Shown: one piece after another, positions 39,248-46,855 of the stretch | Position numbering within the stretch: the first letter of the stretch is position 1 | How the letters are laid out: each line of letters opens with the position of its first letter | Origin: an uncultured Prevotellaceae bacterium | GTDB lineage: Bacteria; Bacteroidota; Bacteroidia; Bacteroidales; Bacteroidaceae | Reading direction: 5' to 3' | Assembly: GCA_902800585.1 (NCBI GenBank) | Contig: CADCEW010000001.1 | Span: 1,994 to 65,993 of the forward strand | Length of the DNA stretch: 64,000 nucleotides | Program-made: the position numbers and the translations under genes | The notes under the pieces: model-generated | Database searches by the model: none | The model's input: the letters and a program-made list of their open reading frames with translations, nothing else | Told to the model about the DNA's origin: nothing

Positions 39248-40363
39248 TTATTTCTTCCTCGAGTAGTCGAAGCGGATCTGTACCTGTGCCATGATGGCAT
39301 GGATATTGGTGTGAGTGAACTCTCCCTCAATGATACCTGCGCTTTTATAGACATACTGCAACTGAACACGACATTTTTTGAAGAACCAATACTGGAAACC
39401 AGCAATTGCCTTATGCTGATCCATGCCCAGTGTCGTATTAAAATTGAAGAAATCGTAGGAGCCTACGAAATCAAAACCCTTGAACAAGGGAACGGCTCCT
39501 GTCACATAAGCACCACGGCTGGTGACGTTACCGTCCTTACCTTCCAGATACTCACCATGCACATTGAAAGCCTTTGATTTATAATCGAAGCCCACCGTCC
39601 AGCGGTTGCGCTTATAATCGTCACCAGGATGGATGTCAGGAATATAGGGCGAGTTAGCAATGGCATGACCACGACCTATCTGTCCTGTGGCAATAATGTT
39701 GAGACCTTTCACGGGACGAAACTCCAGTCGTCCGATAATGTCTTTCCGTTTGTTGCCGTCTTTCTTGTTAATACCCTGTCCGTTCATGATCTGTACCTCA
39801 TAGCGGAACATATTGTCGTTGGTCTCTCCGAAGATAGCAAGACCAAGGTCACGTCCGTATTGTACACCCATCAGCGGGTCGCTGCCGCAACCTGTCAGGT
39901 AGGTCACACCCTCCGAGTAGACATCGATAGCCTCCATGGCGGTAGGGGATAGGGGATTCTCAAAAGATACACCGTTCTTAAACTGTCCAAGGCGAGCGGT
40001 GATAGCCTTGTTGTTGGAAAAGCGATAGTCCGTATAGAATTCTTGTACTTCGCTTGAGAAGTCGTGCATAAACAGGAACGACCATCTGTCAGTGATATGG
40101 GCATTTACCCAGAAGAGCGTGCGCTTGAGTTCAAAGGTTCCTTTTCCCTCACCATCTTTATGGGTGTAGTTGAAGCCTCCTTGGGCGTATCCATGCAATT
40201 CGATACGATCGGCGATGTCCTTCACCCAATCCAGTTCTGTTTTTTTCTTCCCCTGCTCCTGTTCGGGTTCAGCAGAGGACGTTGATTGTCCCATTGCCGC
40301 TGTGCTGCTAAAGGCAGCGAGTGCGACGGCTAATAAAGCCTCTTTGAAAAATTGTTTTCTCAT
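39248..40363 (-). CDS. OprO/OprP-like porin
   Basis: Signal peptide; ARLGQFK, GRDLG, NGQGIN, HGEY and VQLQY motifs. Confidence 0.8.
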   Translation of the reverse strand: MRKQFFKEALLAVALAAFSSTAAMGQSTSSAEPEQEQGKKKTELDWVKDIADRIELHGYAQGGFNYTHKDGEGKGTFELKRTLFWVNAHITDRWSFLFMHDFSSEVQEFYTDYRFSNNKAITARLGQFKNGVSFENPLSPTAMEAIDVYSEGVTYLTGCGSDPLMGVQYGRDLGLAIFGETNDNMFRYEVQIMNGQGINKKDGNKRKDIIGRLEFRPVKGLNIIATGQIGRGHAIANSPYIPDIHPGDDYKRNRWTVGFDYKSKAFNVHGEYLEGKDGNVTSRGAYVTGAVPLFKGFDFVGSYDFFNFNTTLGMDQHKAIAGFQYWFFKKCRVQLQYVYKSAGIIEGEFTHTNIHAIMAQVQIRFDYSRKK

Positions 40364-40383
40364 ATTGTTTAATTTAAAATTGT

Positions 40384-40409
40384 TTTCGGGATTACGTTAT
40401 AACGTTATA
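40384..40409. repeat. Intergenic repeat copy 2 (26 nt)
   Basis: TTTCGGGATTACGTTATAACGTTATA. Confidence 0.8.
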
Positions 40410-40422
40410 TCGGGATAACGAC

Positions 40423-41154
40423 TTACTGGTATTTCCTGATTCTAACGTCAATGCCGCTGCCGCCTAAGAGCATACTGACCTTACGGATGGGCGTGTCGCT
40501 ATAGTGATAGGGGAACAATACCTTCGGGCGGATAGTCTTTGCTGCCTTCACCAATTGCTCAACAGTCATGGTGTAGGGTTGGTTACAAGGCAGGAAGGCG
40601 ATGTCGATATCCTTGATGTTTTCCATCTCAGGAATGTCCTCTGTATCACCAGCCACATAGATACGCAGGTTCTCGATGGTGAGAATATAACCATTGTCAC
40701 GTCCCTTCGGATGGAACTTCATATGGGCGGGTGTGGTATTATAGGCAGGAACAGCCTCTACAGTGATATTATCGTCCACTTGTGCCTTGTCGCCATTCTT
40801 CATCACATAACCGCTACCCCAGTTCTCATATACATTATGATTAACATAGATGGTTGTGTACTTCCTCTTCAATTCTGTCAGTGCCATCGAATCAAAATGA
40901 TCCTGATGCTCGTGGGTTACAAAGATAAAGTTTGCTTTGGGGAAAGCGGTGAAATCGGTATACGGCTTCACGTTGATGACGGGATCGAAATAGATGACCT
41001 TTCCGTCGTATTCCATCATAATAGTAGCGTGTTTGATACAGGTAATCTTCAGCGTTTTACCTGATTCCGTCTTAAACTCATCCTTCTCAAAGGGTTGTGC
41101 CATACAACCAAGTGCAAGGCAACACATCATGATTATAAAACAAGTTTTTTTCAT
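40423..41154 (-). CDS. Exported MBL-fold metallo-hydrolase
   Basis: Signal peptide; HAT, THEHQDHFD, AYN, GDT and PYHY motifs; -7 box TATCTTTG at 41187-41194 (minus). Confidence 0.9.
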   Translation of the reverse strand: MKKTCFIIMMCCLALGCMAQPFEKDEFKTESGKTLKITCIKHATIMMEYDGKVIYFDPVINVKPYTDFTAFPKANFIFVTHEHQDHFDSMALTELKRKYTTIYVNHNVYENWGSGYVMKNGDKAQVDDNITVEAVPAYNTTPAHMKFHPKGRDNGYILTIENLRIYVAGDTEDIPEMENIKDIDIAFLPCNQPYTMTVEQLVKAAKTIRPKVLFPYHYSDTPIRKVSMLLGGSGIDVRIRKYQ

Positions 41155-41356
41155 ATTTATTGGTCTGTTTATGATATAAATTGGTGCAAAGATAGTATAA
41201 AAATTCGATTTGGCGAAGAAAATTACATATTTATTTATGTTTTGGGGTTATTCTTTCCGCTTGAATCGCTTGATGGCGCTTTGTTAATAAATGCAAACCA
41301 ATGTTATAAAATAATGTAAAATGGAAAAGTTCAAGTGAGATTGAGCAAATAATTAC

Positions 41357-41364
41357 TATCTTTG
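41357..41364 (+). promoter_or_regulatory. -7 box (TATCTTTG) for the FHA/kinase operon
   Basis: Matches TANNTTTG, 42 nt upstream of ATG 41407. Confidence 0.55.
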
Positions 41365-41406
41365 TGATTACAATATAGATTAAAGTATAACTTAAAACGG
41401 ATAAAT

Positions 41407-42108
41407 ATGAAAAAAGATGAAACATTTGTAAAAGGAGGTAACAATCCTTATGCACGTTCAAACGGAGGTCAACGTTCAGGTAATGAGACTTATATCCCTG
41501 GTATGAATGACTATACACCAGGCAGTGCTCCTGCTCCTGCAGCAGCAAATCCAAAGGCAAAGCCCAATACTCCTGTCGTAGGCTTCTTGTATTCCATCTC
41601 CCGTAAGGGCATTGGCGAGTATTGGCCTCTTCATTTGGGAACTAACACGATTGGTAGGTCAGAAGACAATGATATCTGTCTGAAGGAGATGTCTGTGTCA
41701 AGCAAGCATGCTACCTTGAGCATCAAGCAGATGAAGAGTACTCACAAACTGATTGCCAGTATCCGTGATACAGGTTCAAAGACTGGTATGTATCTGAATG
41801 ATGAAGAGTTGGACTATGAGAATCATACTTGTAAGGCCAACGACATCATCACTGTGGGTGCCAATTATAAATTACTGCTTATCTTGATTGATGCAGAAGA
41901 ATATGGACTCTCTGTATCTGAAGAATTCGTAGAGGATAAGGATGCCGCTGAGGCTCCTGCTCCTTATCAGGCACGTGGCGGTTTCGGAGACGACGCGACA
42001 CAGAATAATTTCCGTCCATATAGCTCTGATCACCGTAATGTAGATACTGGTACGGTAGATTTGAGCGGTGCAGGCTTTGATGAGCCAGGTGGAACAGAGA
42101 TGATGTAA
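41407..42108 (+). CDS. Soluble FHA-domain protein with disordered N- and C-terminal tails
   Basis: NTIGRS, SVSSKH, RDTGSKTG and DIITVG FHA motifs; no TM. Confidence 0.9.
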   Translation: MKKDETFVKGGNNPYARSNGGQRSGNETYIPGMNDYTPGSAPAPAAANPKAKPNTPVVGFLYSISRKGIGEYWPLHLGTNTIGRSEDNDICLKEMSVSSKHATLSIKQMKSTHKLIASIRDTGSKTGMYLNDEELDYENHTCKANDIITVGANYKLLLILIDAEEYGLSVSEEFVEDKDAAEAPAPYQARGGFGDDATQNNFRPYSSDHRNVDTGTVDLSGAGFDEPGGTEMM

Positions 42109-42135
42109 AGATTGATATAGAAAGCAACGAAAGAA

Positions 42136-43764
42136 ATGTCTTTAATATATATACAAGGAGAAGAGGAGAAACAGAGACACATACACTATGAGGTGGACCC
42201 GGAATTGCCTTCATTGGGTGAGGGCGGTATGGGACAGGTTCTGAAAGGTGTACAGGTGAATGAAGTTAATGGCGTCCGGAAGGATGTCGCTATCAAGTTC
42301 CTGTTCGAGGATTTACCTGCCCATGCCATTGAACGAGCCCGGAGAGAGGCTTCTATTCAGATACATAATGAGAATCTGGTAGAGATGTTCGGCTTTATAG
42401 AGGTCGTAGAGAATCCTCAAAGTGCACATCCTGTCAAACGCTACCATGTGGTTAGTGAATTGTTACAGGGTGTGATGCTCTTTGACTTGTTGAATGGCAA
42501 GACGACGGACAAGAATGGTAACGAGGTACCTTTCGCTCAAGAATTGTATTCCAAATACCAGAATGACCGCTTCGGCTTTGCTGTCTTCATCGTGAAGAAC
42601 ATCCTGTCGGGACTGATGGCTCTGCATGACAAGGGCTATATTCATCGTGACTTGGATCCGAGCAACATCATGATTACTCCTGACCGAAAAGTTAAAATCA
42701 TCGATTTCGGTATTGCAAAGCAGATGGAGAATCTGAATACACAAGATCAACAACTGACCAGTACGGGACAGTTTGTGGGAAAGGCAGCCTATGCTGCTCC
42801 TGAGCTTGTGTTAGGTGATGTACATAGTCAGGACAAAACCACGGATATCTATGCTGTTGGTATCATGCTCTTCCAGCTCATCACGGGAAGCATGCCCTTC
42901 GAGGGAACGATGGCAGAACTGATTAAGAAACAGTTGAATGAGAAGATTCCTCTGAAACTGATTCCTTATAAGGCTGTGCGGAATATCGTTGCCAAGGCTA
43001 CTGCTAAGAAGCAGAGTGACCGCTATCAGTCTGCAGCGGAGATGCGTGTGGATCTGGAGCATTTGTCGAAGAAAGATGCTGTCCCGTCTGCTACCAGTGC
43101 AGGACAAATAGTAGCAAGCGTGGCTGATGTGAAGAGCAGTAAAGGTAAACTCATCGGTATCTTTGCTGCTGCGGTAGTGGTATTGGCAATTATTCTTGTC
43201 GTCTTACTGAGTGGTGGTTCTGATTCTCCGAAAGATGCTCCGGAAAGTACTCAAAACGTTGAGGCAACTTCTGAGGATTTTGACGTGGCGACCAGTTTCA
43301 CCAAGGCAGAGGATGCCTTGTCGAATGCAGCCACTATCCAAGAAGGAGTCAACTTATTGACAGAGATAGCCACCAAGCACGGAGATGAGAAAGATGCCGC
43401 TGACGCTATTGCCTTACTGTCTGCACTGACACAACCGGAAGATGCGGAAATCAGTGCCAATGAGGTGAAAGAGTTCAGGTCACTGACAGTGAATGCCATT
43501 AAGCGCGATGCCAAGAAGGCTCATCAGTTGGCAGAACAAGCTTATAAGGCTAATCCTGAGAGTTATAAGGCAATATTTGAACTTGCGACTGATTATGTGG
43601 CAGGAGAGAGACGGACGGGTGATGCAAAGGTACAGGATATCCAGAAGTCACTTAAACTGTTTGAGGATGGAATCAATTACGCTCGTCTAAAAGGTGATGC
43701 CGAATATGTGCAACTCTATACTACCCGTATCGAACAGGTACGTAGCCTTGTGCAGGGTGAGTAG
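42136..43764 (+). CDS. Membrane-anchored Hanks-type Ser/Thr kinase with a helical extracytoplasmic domain
   Basis: GEGGMG, VAIK, HRDLDPSN, DFG, APE, DIYAVG; TM LIGIFAAAVVVLAIILVVLL; helical TPR/Sel1-like C-terminus. Confidence 0.9.
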   Translation: MSLIYIQGEEEKQRHIHYEVDPELPSLGEGGMGQVLKGVQVNEVNGVRKDVAIKFLFEDLPAHAIERARREASIQIHNENLVEMFGFIEVVENPQSAHPVKRYHVVSELLQGVMLFDLLNGKTTDKNGNEVPFAQELYSKYQNDRFGFAVFIVKNILSGLMALHDKGYIHRDLDPSNIMITPDRKVKIIDFGIAKQMENLNTQDQQLTSTGQFVGKAAYAAPELVLGDVHSQDKTTDIYAVGIMLFQLITGSMPFEGTMAELIKKQLNEKIPLKLIPYKAVRNIVAKATAKKQSDRYQSAAEMRVDLEHLSKKDAVPSATSAGQIVASVADVKSSKGKLIGIFAAAVVVLAIILVVLLSGGSDSPKDAPESTQNVEATSEDFDVATSFTKAEDALSNAATIQEGVNLLTEIATKHGDEKDAADAIALLSALTQPEDAEISANEVKEFRSLTVNAIKRDAKKAHQLAEQAYKANPESYKAIFELATDYVAGERRTGDAKVQDIQKSLKLFEDGINYARLKGDAEYVQLYTTRIEQVRSLVQGE

Positions 43765-43779
43765 AGAAATTGATTAAAG

Positions 43780-44718
43780 ATGCCGGGGAAAGTAAAGAAG
43801 CAAGGAAACATCATCTATCTGAATGCCTACGGTCGTTGGTATCAGTATGATGAAACGCAACCACCGCTTGGCGCTGGTGCCATGGGAGTCGTGTACGTCG
43901 GAGAGGAATGCCAGACGCACGAACCAGTAGCAGTGAAACGGGTGGTTGACCACTATGCCAATAACCCGGAGATTCGCAGACGTGCCCATCAGGAGGCCGA
44001 TTTAATGTTCAGTCATCCCAATCTGGTAGAGATGCTCGGATGCTGCGAGGTACGTCCTGATACGGGTCCTATCTTTATCATCAGCCGTTTTGTCAAAGGC
44101 GAGAATATTGATAAGTTCATCAATGCTTATGTACGTGCTCTTCCCAATGCAGAGCATCGTATCTGTGAACTGTTTCTGCCAGTGTTAGACGCACTTGCGT
44201 ATATTCATACGAAAGGAATCATCCACATGGATATCAAACCGTCGAACATCATGATGGAACAGGGACGTAATGTACGACTGATGGATTTGGGTATCGCTGA
44301 TGTCACGGACACTATCAACAGTTCTACATCGGGTATGATGGGAACTCCCAAGTATGCAGCACCAGAACAGTTCTCTGATGTGGCAACCAAGCCGCAATTA
44401 ACCTCAGCGACAGATATCTATGAGGCAGGCATCACTTTGTATGAGTTGATTACCAAACAGAATCCCTTCTCGGCAACGACTGTGGCAGAGGCGAAGGAAC
44501 TGCATCACGGTATGATACTGCCAAAAGTGCCGGGAATCTCCGACTCAGTCTATGAGGTAGTACGTAAAGCAACGGCTATCAAGCCTCAGGATCGTTTCCA
44601 GACTGCATCAGCCATGAAACTCGCTTTGAAGGAGGCTCTTCCTCCGCGCAATTATACGAAATTTGACAGAATTCTAAAAGATAAATTATCGATGTTTTCG
44701 GGCATCTTTAAGAAATAA
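43780..44718 (+). CDS. Soluble Hanks-type Ser/Thr kinase (non-RD)
   Basis: GAGAMG, VAVK, HMDIKPSN, DLG, GTPKYAAPE, DIYEAG; no TM. Confidence 0.92.
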   Translation: MPGKVKKQGNIIYLNAYGRWYQYDETQPPLGAGAMGVVYVGEECQTHEPVAVKRVVDHYANNPEIRRRAHQEADLMFSHPNLVEMLGCCEVRPDTGPIFIISRFVKGENIDKFINAYVRALPNAEHRICELFLPVLDALAYIHTKGIIHMDIKPSNIMMEQGRNVRLMDLGIADVTDTINSSTSGMMGTPKYAAPEQFSDVATKPQLTSATDIYEAGITLYELITKQNPFSATTVAEAKELHHGMILPKVPGISDSVYEVVRKATAIKPQDRFQTASAMKLALKEALPPRNYTKFDRILKDKLSMFSGIFKK

Positions 44719-44724
44719 AATAGT

Positions 44725-46125
44725 ATGAATACAATCAAGACAGCAACACCTATAGCAGGCTATTGGGATACCCGGCAAGGAGGACGGGTGGAAAATCAGG
44801 ACTCTTGCGGTTTCTTGGATACGGAGAAAGGACTGATAGCCGTAGTCTGTGACGGTATGGGCGGTGGTCCCAGCGGACAACTCGCTTCTACGATAGCCGT
44901 TCAGAAAATCGTAGAGTATGTAGTTAACGCCCCTATGGATATGCCACGTACAGAGATGGTAGCCCAGGCTATAGAGTATGCGCATCAGTCTATTCTTGCC
45001 AAGACAGCAGAGAATCCTGCCTTGAGGGGTATGGGTTCGACGGCAACAGTGGTGTTGATTAGTGGACAATCTGCAATATTAGGTCATGTCGGTGATAGTC
45101 GTATCTATCAATTCCGTCGTGGCAAGAAGATCTTCCGTACTGCCGACCATTCAATGGTAGGTGAGTTGGTACGTAATGGTACATTGACGGAAGAGCAGGC
45201 TAGACTGTCATCACAGTCAAATATTATCACGAAAGCGTTAGGCAGTAAACTGACAAACCTTGCAGAGGTGACGGAACGTCCCTATGAGAAAGGCGACCGC
45301 TTTATGCTTTGTACGGATGGTATTTGGGGCGCTATGCCAGAAAGCGACTTGATTAAACGAGTGGCTAAAACTCAATCATTGTCGGGAGCTGTTGACTCTA
45401 CTGTAATAAAAGTGGACGAGATAGGGCGTGCCAATGGTAATAAGCATGACAACCTGACGATTGCATTATTAGAAACCAAACAAGATTCTATACTGAAAGA
45501 AAAAATGAGTAAGAAAACATTACGAATTTTGATAGCACTGGCAGCTGTCTGCCTGTTGAGTGTGATCCTCAACATCGTGTTGTTAACCCGGAATACCGTT
45601 AAGTCGCATGACAGTGAGAAAGAAGCGCTGATCACCCAGAATGAGGAACGGGGACAGCGTATCAGGGCATTGGAAGATAGTATCCAGTCCTTATGGGGAA
45701 CTGTTCATGACTCGAAGAACGAGGCTGCTGATGCTAATTTGAAGGCTGCCAAGGAGAAGGAGAATGCCGCGGAGAAGGCAAGGGATGATGCTGAGCAGAA
45801 GGCGAAAGAAGCGAAGGAAGCTGCCGACAAAGCCAAGGATGCTGCCGACCAGGCTAAGGCTGCTGCGGATGCCATCCAGAAGTCGCGTGGTGATGTTATT
45901 GCCCAACTCACGAAGATTAAGGATATGAAGGAGGGTGACCAACGCAAACAGATGCGTACCTCTGTTTCCAATCTGTTGAAGACGCTCTCTGCCCAAGATG
46001 CTACCCACAAGGCCATTTATGATGAGGTGCGTGAGAAACTGGGAAATAAGGTGGCCACCGAGAATTCCGACAAGGCCATTGGCCATTATAAGTTCTTGAT
46101 AGGGAAAATTCAAAACATCAAATAA
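44725..46125 (+). CDS. PP2C/PPM phosphatase with TM helix and C-terminal Ala/Lys/Glu coiled coil
   Basis: GRVENQD, VCDGMGG, HVGDSR, LCTDG and DNLT motifs; TM ILIALAAVCLLSVILNIVLL. Confidence 0.93.
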   Translation: MNTIKTATPIAGYWDTRQGGRVENQDSCGFLDTEKGLIAVVCDGMGGGPSGQLASTIAVQKIVEYVVNAPMDMPRTEMVAQAIEYAHQSILAKTAENPALRGMGSTATVVLISGQSAILGHVGDSRIYQFRRGKKIFRTADHSMVGELVRNGTLTEEQARLSSQSNIITKALGSKLTNLAEVTERPYEKGDRFMLCTDGIWGAMPESDLIKRVAKTQSLSGAVDSTVIKVDEIGRANGNKHDNLTIALLETKQDSILKEKMSKKTLRILIALAAVCLLSVILNIVLLTRNTVKSHDSEKEALITQNEERGQRIRALEDSIQSLWGTVHDSKNEAADANLKAAKEKENAAEKARDDAEQKAKEAKEAADKAKDAADQAKAAADAIQKSRGDVIAQLTKIKDMKEGDQRKQMRTSVSNLLKTLSAQDATHKAIYDEVREKLGNKVATENSDKAIGHYKFLIGKIQNIK

Positions 46126-46127
46126 TA

Positions 46128-46838
46128 TTGCCTATGAAGACCGTATCAATAGGAAGAGGAGAGGGCTGTAATATCATCGTGGATGACGAGATGATGAGTC
46201 GCAGTCATGCGATTATCAGGATTCCTACTTTCGGTAAGATGGAGGTGGTTGATATGAGTAAAAACGGAACCTATGTCAATGGAGTCCGTGTGCGTCCTAA
46301 TGTACCAGTTCCTGTAACCCGTAAGGATGTTGTCAATTTTGCGGAAGTATATCAATTAGACTGGTCGACAATACCAGACCCTCTGAAATATTATAAGATA
46401 GGTGCAATTATCGTGGGTGGACTTATCGTCCTTCTGTTGGTCATCTTACTTTTCAAGAGTTTGTCCAGCGGCACCGATACTTCTCCAGAGCAGCCTGCTG
46501 TAGAACAAGTCCAGAAACCTATACAGACAGACTACGAGCAACCGTCTCAGACCAAACAGGAAGAGGAAACTCAGCCTGAGACACCTATCGAGAGTGATGA
46601 AACTGCCACTCCTTCTAATACTCCAGAGGCTACGTCGGGTACTAGTAATGAAGTAATTGATGTCTATGGGGCTGCCCGTGCCAGTAAGAAGAAACGTGAG
46701 GCAGAGGAACGTGCTCGTCAGCAAAAGGCTAAAGCACAACAAAAAGCGAAGGAACAACAGCAATCCAAGCCTCAGGATAGTCAGCCTTCTAAAGATAAAT
46801 CATCTGATGGTAATAAGAATAAAACAGTCGTAATATAA
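46128..46838 (+). CDS. FHA domain plus TM plus low-complexity tail
   Basis: SIGRG, MSRSH and SKNGTYVNG motifs; TM IGAIIVGGLIVLLLVILLF. Confidence 0.9.
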   Translation: MPMKTVSIGRGEGCNIIVDDEMMSRSHAIIRIPTFGKMEVVDMSKNGTYVNGVRVRPNVPVPVTRKDVVNFAEVYQLDWSTIPDPLKYYKIGAIIVGGLIVLLLVILLFKSLSSGTDTSPEQPAVEQVQKPIQTDYEQPSQTKQEEETQPETPIESDETATPSNTPEATSGTSNEVIDVYGAARASKKKREAEERARQQKAKAQQKAKEQQQSKPQDSQPSKDKSSDGNKNKTVVI

Positions 46839-46855
46839 CTAAAAACATTAAGCAT

